Assembly: GCA_964502365.1 (NCBI GenBank)
Contig: CAZCWQ010000001.1
Span: 8,053-72,052 of the forward strand
Direction of reading: 5' to 3'
Origin: an uncultured Desulfobacterales bacterium
Lineage (GTDB): Bacteria > Desulfobacterota > Desulfobacteria > Desulfobacterales > C00003060
DNA: 64,000 nucleotides
The translations under genes were made by a program, and so were the position numbers. Of this stretch, positions 54,798-63,198 are shown piece after piece; position 1 is the stretch's first letter, and every line of letters begins with the position of its first letter. The notes under the pieces are model-generated. The model saw only the letters and a program-made list of their open reading frames with translations, was not told the origin of the DNA and ran no database searches.

Positions 54798-55061
54798 ATG
54801 GAGAAGCCGAAGCAATCTTTGTGCGATACAGTTGATGACTCAGAAAAAGCCAACGAAGAGTATTTTTCTATGCTTGGGAGGTCTCTTTTCAGTTTCATTG
54901 AACAACATAAGGATCAGCTTCCCTGCATTAGCGTGGAAGATGCCAAGGCAAGGGGCCTGTGTAAGCTGAATGATCACTGCTGGAAGGAGGAGGGCGGAGT
55001 CAAGAGTTGTACCTGGGTACGACACACAGATGGCAAGCTGTACACCCTCACTCCCGAGTAA
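54798..55061 (+). CDS. hypothetical protein
   Basis: 87 aa with RBS AAAGGGG. No family recognised. Confidence 0.4.
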   Translation: MEKPKQSLCDTVDDSEKANEEYFSMLGRSLFSFIEQHKDQLPCISVEDAKARGLCKLNDHCWKEEGGVKSCTWVRHTDGKLYTLTPE

Positions 55062-55326
55062 GTCGTTCAAGAAAAGTCTCGCTGCATGCCATAGCTTCAG
55101 GCAAATTTTGGCATATAATCTAAGCGCTGTTCCGATCTCCATGCCAACAACTCCACCGTATTGAAATGGATTGATCATATTACGCGCTCCGTATAACGCA
55201 TTATGCGTAAAACAAAGCTGAGGTTAAGAACTTTCTTGAGGAATACATGACTGATATTTAACGGTGTGAGACTCTAATGCATGTAACCAACTAATATCAA
55301 AAGAGAAATCAAATTTGTTACGTGTA

Positions 55327-55375
55327 CCTGCAATTTTTGAAATTCCCAAAATTTTGTGATATTTAAATACACTGT
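55327..55375 (+). repeat. promoter-bearing intergenic repeat, copy E (shorter upstream arm)
   Basis: CCTGCAAT-TTTTGAAA(55337-55342)-17 bp-TATTTA(55360-55365). Confidence 0.65.
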
Positions 55376-55446
55376 GAATTGTCTCTTTGCATGCCTCAGA
55401 CAGTCTTATTGACTCTGTCATACGTGAGTATTTAGGGAGAACCGAT

Positions 55447-56100
55447 TTGGCGAAGGTTACGGTCTTTGTTTTGTGGTTTCTTTTATGGAGCAGTCCAACA
55501 GCAGCAGGTTCGTCCGAACAACCGGCATCGGCCAAATCCGTTAGTATTCTTCCAAACTCATCTGAGTCGAAAGAAATCGAGCGACCATCCGTTGAAATGA
55601 ACTTCCAGGATGTCGACATCCGTGATTTCGTGAGCTACGTCAGTAAGGTAACGAGAACGAATTTTATCCTTGGTCCCAATGTTAAGGGACGCGTCACAAT
55701 AGTCTCGGCCACAAAGGTCCCCGTGGATGAGGTTTTCAGCTTTTTTCAGTCGGTTCTTGAGGTTCACGGATACACGACCGTGGAGGCTGGAAGCGTGGTG
55801 AAGATCGTTCCGTCAGCAACGGCTCGGGGCAAGAGCGTTGAAACAGGGTTCAGAGAGGAATTAAGAACCGCAGGAGACAAGTTTGTTACGCAAGTGATCC
55901 ACCTCAACCATCTCGGCCTAGACGACACGAAAAGCCTGTTGACTCCCCTTGTATCCGAAAACAGTGTTATCGTCTCTCACCACCGATCAGGGATGCTGAT
56001 TATCACAGATTCCCTTTCAAACATTCAACGGTTACAACAGATCATAAAGGCCATTGATGTGCCAAAGGCTCTAGAAGAGATCTCGGTCGTTGGGGAATGA
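55447..56100 (+). CDS. secretin N-terminal domains only (GspD-like N0+N1, no secretin barrel)
   Basis: TTG 55447 lies 7 nt after GGGAGA. It has a signal peptide, an N0-like block (VEMNFQDVDIRDFVSYVSKVTRTNFIL...) and an N1 block (TQVIHLNHLGLDDTKSLLTPL...IITDSLSNIQRLQQIIKAID), then stops. Confidence 0.6.
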   Translation: MAKVTVFVLWFLLWSSPTAAGSSEQPASAKSVSILPNSSESKEIERPSVEMNFQDVDIRDFVSYVSKVTRTNFILGPNVKGRVTIVSATKVPVDEVFSFFQSVLEVHGYTTVEAGSVVKIVPSATARGKSVETGFREELRTAGDKFVTQVIHLNHLGLDDTKSLLTPLVSENSVIVSHHRSGMLIITDSLSNIQRLQQIIKAIDVPKALEEISVVGE

Positions 56101-56165
56101 GGACACCGCAACGCTCGCGAACGAGAGGGGAAATTCCACGTTTCCGTGACATATGGGTGCATGAA

Positions 56166-56459
56166 ATGACAATTAGAGTAAGATCCTTTGCTGTCCTTCT
56201 TCTCACGGCTTGCCTATTGTGTCTTGCTCCGCTCGCTGTCCATGGTCAGCACGTGCGGCCACTAAGAGAACCAATAGTGATCAAAGTAATCCGCCTAGAT
56301 TACGCTGATGCAGAGCAGCTTGCCTCTGTTTTAAGTCCTCTGCTGACAAGAGATGGCCGGATGGTGGCCTATTCGCCCACCAATACCCTTATCATTAGAG
56401 ACAGGAAATCCCTTGTTGAGCAATTGGTCAGAGTAATAAAAGGGGTGAGTGATTCCTAA
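56166..56459 (+). CDS. small secreted protein with one secretin-N (N1-type) domain
   Basis: Signal peptide, then IKVIRLDYADAEQLASVLSPLL...NTLIIRDRKSLVEQLVRVIKG. The start is uncertain (56097 or 56166). Confidence 0.55.
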   Translation: MTIRVRSFAVLLLTACLLCLAPLAVHGQHVRPLREPIVIKVIRLDYADAEQLASVLSPLLTRDGRMVAYSPTNTLIIRDRKSLVEQLVRVIKGVSDS

Positions 56460-56672
56460 CTCTACCAAGGACCAACCACCAGGGCATGCCCCTGTTGCTT
56501 TTGATACCAACACTTGGTACTTTGCTTCACACTTCGAGGCTTACAAAACTCAACCACAAGACCTAACGTCCTGAAATCACACAACTCACGTGATTGCATA
56601 ATTTTTGCATTTATTATAATCTCATTGTGCCATTGCATCACCGAGAAAATCCTTTTGAAGAGGAGAGAAGAC

Positions 56673-57566
56673 ATGAGACGGCATCTTGTTGTCATATCCT
56701 TGAATTACTGTTTGGTTTGTCTTTCCATGGCCGTTTTGTTGGTAGGTTGCGGTGGTGGAAGCAACGGTGACGGAAACGACCTTGCCGCCAGTAGTTCAGG
56801 AGCGCTAGGGACCTTTTCTTTGAACGTTACTGATGCCAAGCCCCTACTCCCTGATAACACTGAAAAAGTTTTAATTACCTTTGAAGAAGTGGATGTTCAC
56901 AAGACAGGTGAAGGATGGACTTCCCTGCCTTTGGCCCAAGAACCATATAAGATCGACTTGCTCCAGTTCCAAGAAGGCAAAACCACGGAGCTGGTTCCTC
57001 CGGTTAGTCTCGAATCTGGAAAATACACGCAGATCCGTATCGTGGTGAGCAGTGCAGAATTGAGAACCAACGCGGCGGCCTATTCAGTGACTGTTCCATC
57101 GGCAAGTATAAAGACAGACACTCAGTTTGACTTTGAGATGAAAGGTGGTGGCGCCGTACATGTCACCGTCGATTTCGACCTAAGCCAATCTATCGTTGTG
57201 ACCGGGCAGCAGCCCCCGTCGTATACGCTCAAACCGGTCTTTCACATAAATGAGACGTTAGAGGCAGCTACCATTTACGGTGAGATTGCTGAAGACACGT
57301 TCGTGACTAACAATTCTGGCCAAGCGATTGTCACTGTGGTCTGGGACGAAAATGCTGACGGGGATGTCAATTTCGACGATGAGATTTACACCCAAGTCGT
57401 GGTAACCAAGGATGACCCTGCGGAATTTCGGATTTTCTGGCTGGTTCCTGAGGAAGCCCACATCGTGCAAGTTGATTTGGACGGAAATCAAGGCCTTGAA
57501 TTTAAAGAAACAGTGTCATCCAATGATCTTCCAGCAGGTGCTCTGTACGACCTGGGTTCATTTTAG
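56673..57566 (+). CDS. DUF4382-like lipoprotein
   Basis: ATG 56673 follows GAGGAGAG. Lipobox LLVGC. The pattern ...LNVTDAK...I..V.VH......W..L......IDLL......L....L..G.YTQIRI.V... is typical of DUF4382. Confidence 0.65.
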   Translation: MRRHLVVISLNYCLVCLSMAVLLVGCGGGSNGDGNDLAASSSGALGTFSLNVTDAKPLLPDNTEKVLITFEEVDVHKTGEGWTSLPLAQEPYKIDLLQFQEGKTTELVPPVSLESGKYTQIRIVVSSAELRTNAAAYSVTVPSASIKTDTQFDFEMKGGGAVHVTVDFDLSQSIVVTGQQPPSYTLKPVFHINETLEAATIYGEIAEDTFVTNNSGQAIVTVVWDENADGDVNFDDEIYTQVVVTKDDPAEFRIFWLVPEEAHIVQVDLDGNQGLEFKETVSSNDLPAGALYDLGSF

Positions 57567-57719
57567 ATTTTGAGGACATTCTTGCCCCCGACCTAATGCA
57601 ATAAAAATTGGCTCAATAAAGGGCACCAGAGCCTAATGCAAGTTCTCTCCACCCGTCCCTTGACTTAAATCTGACACTCTATTATCAAACCGATAGACGA
57701 GCAAAGGAGATTCTATGCT

Positions 57720-58292
57720 ATGAGAAGAAGATGTTCACAGGTGCTATTATTGGTAACTATAAGCCTGTTTCTAGTGAGTTGTGCTACCCCAAAGGGAGTC
57801 ACAAAGCAGGAACAAAGAGATTATGTCCTGAAAATGAAAGACGAAACACTGGCCAGGCTATATGCGCAAAAGCCAGAAACAAAAGCCATGATAAAGAAGG
57901 CTGCGGGGTACGGAGTTTTTAGCAACATAGGTACGCACATATTTCTTCTCGCCGGTGGTAGTGGTTATGGGGTTGTCATTGACAATGCCACAGCGCACAA
58001 AACGTATATGAAAATGAGATCAGTAGGTTTCGGCTTAGGGATAGGCGTAAAGGACGTCAGGGCAGTTTTCATATTCAAGAACAAGAGAGTGTTAAATGAA
58101 TTTGTAGAGAAAGGCTGGGAATTTGGAGGGCAGGCTGACGCTGCTGCGAAATCCGGGGACAAAGGTGCCGCTGTTGGTGGTGAAGCATATGTTGAGACTG
58201 GCATTGCTATTTATCAGCTTACAGAAGCTGGTGTTGCTCTCCAGGCAACAATTGCCGGAACGAAGTATTGGAAGGACAAAGATTTGAACTAG
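57720..58292 (+). CDS. SYLF/Ysc84-like (DUF500) lipoprotein
   Basis: Lipobox FLVSC. GYGVFSN...GGSGYGVV...GFGLGIG...GWEFGGQADAAA pattern matches the family. Confidence 0.7.
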   Translation: MRRRCSQVLLLVTISLFLVSCATPKGVTKQEQRDYVLKMKDETLARLYAQKPETKAMIKKAAGYGVFSNIGTHIFLLAGGSGYGVVIDNATAHKTYMKMRSVGFGLGIGVKDVRAVFIFKNKRVLNEFVEKGWEFGGQADAAAKSGDKGAAVGGEAYVETGIAIYQLTEAGVALQATIAGTKYWKDKDLN

Positions 58293-58323
58293 TGACTGTG
58301 ACAGACACTTTAAAGGAGGAAAC

Positions 58324-58506
58324 ATGAAAATCAACATTGAAAAGAGTCTGGTGGAATTCGAGCCGGAAAGCGACACAGAGACAGCTATGGTTGAAGCCCT
58401 GTGGAGACTGATCGTCGACTGCGCGAAGTTTAATAAGAAGCTTGTGCCAGTCGGAGAATACATACCACAAAAGAAAAACCTTGCACGATTTGTTATTGAG
58501 GACTGA
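58324..58506 (+). CDS. hypothetical small protein
   Basis: 60 aa with RBS AAGGAGGAAAC directly upstream. Confidence 0.4.
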   Translation: MKINIEKSLVEFEPESDTETAMVEALWRLIVDCAKFNKKLVPVGEYIPQKKNLARFVIED

Positions 58507-58740
58507 CCTCACGTCGGGCCTCTCATGATCCTTAGAGTAAAGAGCATTGACACAGGTGTGAAAGGAGAAGGAAGCCTATGGCTCACCGTACCCTCAGTCT
58601 CAGCGAACCACTTTATCAGCCTTGTCCCAATAGGCGACGGACTAATGCTCGTTCGTAAGCAATAAGAAAAGAAAGGAGGGTTGGCGTGAAGCTTTCGGGC
58701 CTTCATCTACCCTTGACATACCAGTTGGTTATTCTTCTTC

Positions 58741-59862
58741 TCAACGGTAAAGGGCTCGATACTTTTTCCGCTTTTCTTTTTGCCATCTTGGACAGAGTGA
58801 AGGTTTGCCCTTCATCACCAACTGAAGACATGCATCGCATTTAGGGCTACATTTAAGGATTGATCTATCCCGTCCTTGTCGGGCCTTGAGGGGCCATTCA
58901 GGATCCACCCAGAGCATGCGTGCCAGCCCTATGAGGTCCGCCTTTTTCTCTTTCAAGATTGATTCTGCCAGTGCAGGGGTTGATATCCGACCAGCGGTGA
59001 TAACAGGTACCTTCACGTCTTTCTTGATAAAACCAGCCAAGGAAACCATGTAGCCGGGTCTACGGGATTTCTTGATAGTCTCGGGAAGGAAAAACGACTC
59101 ATAGGTTCCGCCCATGACCGAGATATAAGCTATACCCGCTTCCTCTAGAGCCTTTGCCAAAACAGCCGACTCCTCAACATGAAGTCCATCGGGGAGCCAT
59201 TCATCAGCCATGAAACGATACCCTACAGGGAAATCGCCCACCAAGTCCTTGACACGCTTGAGTACTTCGAGTGGAAACCTGATTCGATTCTCTATTGCCC
59301 CTCCATAGTCATCTTCCCTTCTGTTGGTCCTTGGAGATACGAACTCGGCAAGTAGATACCCTGTTCCTCCGTGGAGCTCCACCAAATCAAATCCGGCTTT
59401 CTTAACCCTCAATGCGGCTTTTGCGTATTGCTTTTGGATGGTCGTGATCTCTTTCTTTGTGAGCGCACGGGGCATGTTGTTGAAAGCCGGAACTGCTGAG
59501 GGTGCAACGGGTTCAGCGACATGGGCAAAACGCCCAGCATGATTGATCTGGAGGGCTGCCAGGGTGTTTTCCCGCTTAATAACGCCGGCCAGGCTTTCCA
59601 GGCCTTTCAGGTAACGGTCATGGTCGCAACGAATGGTCCTAGGTGAACCACTTCCCTTGGGGGTTATGCTAGAGTTCTCGACCACTATCAATGCTGCGCC
59701 GCTTTGTGCCATGAGTTTGTAATGATCCAGCAGCAACACAGAAGTCTTTCCACCAAGAGCAGCATACCCTAGATAGAGCGGAGCCATGGTAATACGATTC
59801 TTAAGCTTCAAGCCGTTCAGTTTTAGTGGTCGAAAAAGGTTAGGATAAAAGGCTTTTTTCAT
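58741..59862 (-). CDS. NADH:flavin oxidoreductase (Old Yellow Enzyme family)
   Basis: NRITMAPL, QINHAGR and HGGTGYLLAEFVSPRTNRREDDYGG motifs. The start is taken at MKKAFYPNLF. Confidence 0.85.
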   Translation of the reverse strand: MKKAFYPNLFRPLKLNGLKLKNRITMAPLYLGYAALGGKTSVLLLDHYKLMAQSGAALIVVENSSITPKGSGSPRTIRCDHDRYLKGLESLAGVIKRENTLAALQINHAGRFAHVAEPVAPSAVPAFNNMPRALTKKEITTIQKQYAKAALRVKKAGFDLVELHGGTGYLLAEFVSPRTNRREDDYGGAIENRIRFPLEVLKRVKDLVGDFPVGYRFMADEWLPDGLHVEESAVLAKALEEAGIAYISVMGGTYESFFLPETIKKSRRPGYMVSLAGFIKKDVKVPVITAGRISTPALAESILKEKKADLIGLARMLWVDPEWPLKARQGRDRSILKCSPKCDACLQLVMKGKPSLCPRWQKEKRKKYRALYR

Positions 59863-60394
59863 CTTCACACCCCTGTCAATTTCTTTCATTGTAACAGCCA
59901 TGAAATATACCAAGTTCTAATAGATCTCAATAGCAGATCGGGGGGATTGATAGATTCTTTCAACAACTGAACCGCTTCTTGATTTTTATATCTCCAGGCA
60001 GGTATTACAAGATATACGGCGACATCCTGTGTAGTCTGGCATGCAATAGACTGTCAAGGGGCTTTCGCTGCAATGGTCAATCCTTGTTGCCGACGCGGCG
60101 GGGGTGGATATTTACGCTTCGGAATTCTCACTGTCACGTGCGTATGATGGCAGGTAATCTTTGATCTGCAAAATCCAGCATCGCGGGCCTCAGAATGATG
60201 ATATCTATAGTCCCGTCACGACAAGATAGCCGTCTAGGATCGCCCCAAAAAGGCAACCAGACACCCTTCGGGACCTTGCCAATTCGGCTGCGGTTGTGAT
60301 TTACATTTAAGATCTCAAAAAACGTTAGAATCAACGGTGTGGCAAGATATCGAACCCATTGTTGTGTTCCCCGTAACCATCAAGGAGGAGTAAA

Positions 60395-61264
60395 ATGTTT
60401 AGACGTATCCCAATCCTTGTGACATCGGCCTTGGTGGTGAACGTTTTTCTCGTCTCCCAAACGTTTGCCGGCGGAAATCCCACCCAACTCACTACGTTCT
60501 TTAATCAACTATGGCTCAAAGCTGTTGTGTCAATCGAGCAGGCAGTCGGGTCAAACAAATATCAAGCTATCGGGACCGGCTTTCTCGTCGGTACCAAGAA
60601 TAAGCACATAATTTTGGTAACAGCTAAGCACGTAGTAACTGACAAGCAGGGCAACACGAAGAAAGGCCTCGCCTATCTAATGAATTTAAAGGACGAGAAA
60701 AGCAAGGTTGTTACAGACGCAAAGATGAAAGAACTCGGATTAGGTGATTGGTTTATTGCTGAAGATGCGGACGTTGCGGCCCGATTCACTGGTCGTTTTA
60801 AGACATCCGACATCGCTACAATAGACCCTGAGATGTTTCTCAAAAAAGAATCAATCCAGGCTGGTTCGCCAGCTCTAACCCTTGGCTTTCCGACGGGCCT
60901 ACGATCAAAAGAGTATGCCATACCGGTTGTCAGGAGGGCCATGGTTGCTATAGCGGATGCGAAGCGTTTTATCGTAGATGGCTTCGTTTTCCCTGGAAAT
61001 AGCGGTGGACCTGTGGTGTACATGCCGGCTTTTCAGATTGGCAATATTGCGTTAAATAACTACATTCAAGAGCAGCGATTGATTGGCCTGGTCTCCTCTT
61101 ACATTCCTTATATGGATACTGCAATCAGTTTGCAGACAAAACGCCCTCGCATTATTTTCGAAGAAAATTCCGGTCTGGCAAATGTAGTACCTGCTGACGC
61201 AATCCTGAAACTGATCGAACGTGAGGATATGCAAGCACTCGACAAGGTGATTCCCTCAGGGTGA
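60395..61264 (+). CDS. trypsin-like (S1) serine protease, secreted
   Basis: RBS AAGGAGGAG and a signal peptide. Triad context is GTGFLV...TAKHVV, DVAA and GNSGGPV. Confidence 0.75.
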   Translation: MFRRIPILVTSALVVNVFLVSQTFAGGNPTQLTTFFNQLWLKAVVSIEQAVGSNKYQAIGTGFLVGTKNKHIILVTAKHVVTDKQGNTKKGLAYLMNLKDEKSKVVTDAKMKELGLGDWFIAEDADVAARFTGRFKTSDIATIDPEMFLKKESIQAGSPALTLGFPTGLRSKEYAIPVVRRAMVAIADAKRFIVDGFVFPGNSGGPVVYMPAFQIGNIALNNYIQEQRLIGLVSSYIPYMDTAISLQTKRPRIIFEENSGLANVVPADAILKLIEREDMQALDKVIPSG

Positions 61265-61267
61265 TGC

Positions 61268-61335
61268 TCCCTGCAATCCATTCAACAAATTGAACTCCCG
61301 ATATTTTTGTGATACACAAAAGAAACCTTGACGGG
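61268..61335 (+). repeat. promoter-bearing intergenic repeat, copy F
   Basis: CCCTGCAAT..TTCAAC..TTGAAC(61290-61295)-17 bp-TACACA(61313-61318). It carries the palindrome TTGTGATACACAA and a downstream AAACCTTG as in copy B. Confidence 0.65.
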
Positions 61336-61662
61336 GCTTCCCTACTTGCCAAATGGAAGTCTTGGCTTTCAAATCAACACTATTGCCTGGCCAGACTGAC
61401 CCACCACATATTGATTATCCACCGGTTGCCTTGACTGAGAACTCCTTTCTATGGCCTTAATTTTGCGCTTTCTTTTCACTGGTCTAAAGTATCGACCAAC
61501 CCTCCAGAGAACAGAGGATCATATTGATGTTCAATGGCTCTCCGGCCTTTTTCTGTTTTTCCACCACGGCCATTCATATCGCTTGACTCCAACCCAAGTC
61601 GTTTAGTATAGAAAACCCAGTTAGGTTCGTTCCGAAACAACCAACACAATCTGGAAATCTCG

Positions 61663-61902
61663 ATGGGCATCACAGTAAGTGAGGACACACTCGCCCAGAC
61701 GACTAAGTGTCAAAACGGCTTTTTTTGCCTGTCCGGCACGGCACCTGATGTGTGCGAAGTCGAACGGGCTTTGGGATCTCATCCTGTTCTGTTTGTCAAA
61801 AAAAACACGTCCTATTTTTGTCCCTATGCTGGGCGTTTTGGAACGTCCTACGTTTGTGCGTGCCCAGTCAGGAGAGAACTTTACCAACGCTACGGCGTTT
61901 AA
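61663..61902 (+). CDS. small Cys-rich protein, tandem paralog 1
   Basis: 79 aa: TTKCQNGFFCLSG...CEVERA...FCPY...YVCACPVRRELYQRYG. Confidence 0.55.
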   Translation: MGITVSEDTLAQTTKCQNGFFCLSGTAPDVCEVERALGSHPVLFVKKNTSYFCPYAGRFGTSYVCACPVRRELYQRYGV

Positions 61903-61925
61903 CGCGATTTTGTGAGGATCTTTCC

Positions 61926-62165
61926 ATGGCCATTATTTTAAGTGATGATGTCCTCAATCAGACGACTAAATGTGAAATGGACTTCGCTTGTCTGTCTAGC
62001 AGGACAGATCATCTATGCAAAGTCGAACGAGCTATGGGGTGTGGGCCGGTTCTGTTCTTGCGCCAGGGAGAGGAACCTCACTGTTATTACAACTATAGGT
62101 TTGGAAACAGCATAATTTGTTCATGCCCTGTTCGGTTAAAACTGTACAATCGCTACGGTATCTAA
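61926..62165 (+). CDS. small Cys-rich protein, tandem paralog 2
   Basis: 79 aa from ATG 61926, colinear with paralog 1 (TTKCEMDFACLS...CKVERA...IICSCPVRLKLYNRYG). Confidence 0.55.
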   Translation: MAIILSDDVLNQTTKCEMDFACLSSRTDHLCKVERAMGCGPVLFLRQGEEPHCYYNYRFGNSIICSCPVRLKLYNRYGI

Positions 62166-62255
62166 TTTTTTTCCACTTGACGATTTCCTGGCTAACCACT
62201 AGGAATTGAAGTGGTTTTGCCGTTCAATTAACTCTCACCTGATAGACAAATAATC

Positions 62256-62480
62256 GTGTCAGTACATCGGTTGGATACCCTGGGCCTTAAAAGCCCTCAG
62301 CCCGTTCTGAAGATTGCGGTGAAGGCTCCATACATGCAACCTGGCGATATTTTGGAGGTATTGGAAGACTGTCCAACCTTTGAGCAAGAAGTGCGTATGT
62401 GGTGCGAGCGGTTGGGAAGGCTTTTGCTCTCCGTAAAGGATGAAGGGTACAATAAGAAGATAATCCAGATCCAGTTTTAA
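62256..62480 (+). CDS. TusA/SirA-like protein lacking the catalytic Cys
   Basis: LDTLGLKSPQPVLK corresponds to the TusA motif LD..GL.CP.P.L, with Ser (AGC) in place of Cys. The start is GTG. Confidence 0.6.
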   Translation: MSVHRLDTLGLKSPQPVLKIAVKAPYMQPGDILEVLEDCPTFEQEVRMWCERLGRLLLSVKDEGYNKKIIQIQF

Positions 62481-62755
62481 CAGGCAAACTCTTAGGCCCG
62501 AATGTTTTTAATTTGTCTCAAAGTGGCGATGTTCGCTTTCTGCTATGTTGATTTGGCAGTCATCGTAACGACCACAATATATAGTTCGAAAGAGAAACAT
62601 AGTCGCGTCGTTTTCTCGCCCCACCTCTGAGTTCTTAACCCCGACTCCGTCCGTTTCTAAAGAAAAAATTCTGGCGCTGACATTTTGCAGGGGCATGTCG
62701 GATTTTAAGTGGCAGTGTGGACTTAAGAGTTTTCTGTAAATGGTCGATAGATATA

Positions 62756-63022
62756 ATGAGGACGGACAAGAAGCAAATGGAGATCACAGCACGACTAAAT
62801 TCAACGGCGCTACACTCAGGGCTTTCAGGCAAGCAGTCTTCTGTAGGCGCTGTTGTCAACACAAGTCTGAAATACAGAGTTTATGACAAGAACAAGATTG
62901 CGGTTACCGTTGTAAACAAGAAATCGGGGGAGATCATACGTGAAATTCCGCCCGAGAGTCTTCAGAAGTTATCTGAGCGGATAGATAAAACCATAGGCAA
63001 TTTCTTCGACCAGGTGGCTTAA
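62756..63022 (+). CDS. flaG: flagellar protein FlaG
   Basis: The C-terminal ...VTVVNKKSGEIIREIPPESLQKL... is typical of FlaG. The start is uncertain (62717, 62756 or 62777). Confidence 0.65.
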   Translation: MRTDKKQMEITARLNSTALHSGLSGKQSSVGAVVNTSLKYRVYDKNKIAVTVVNKKSGEIIREIPPESLQKLSERIDKTIGNFFDQVA

Positions 63023-63198
63023 GAGGCCCTATGTGGCAGCGTTGCTTCTTCTTTGAACAAGAGGAGCAGAACTGGACGGTATTCTATTCTCCGAACATCT
63101 TTCCTGAAAAAGAAATTGCCCAACACCTTGTATGTGTCAGATTTGCCTCAAGACTGAAAATACTACAGAAGTCACAGGCGTGAATACTAGACTGCCCA

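Noticed and set aside
55224-55619. 131-aa minus-strand ORF.
   Set aside because: It overlaps repeat copy E and the start of the secretin-N gene on the opposite strand. It has no RBS and no recognisable domain, so it is likely spurious.
61476-61688. 70-aa minus-strand ORF in the long leader between repeat copy F and the Cys-rich pair.
   Set aside because: It overlaps the start of the plus-strand gene and has no recognisable family or RBS. It is kept in mind only as a possible gene remnant.
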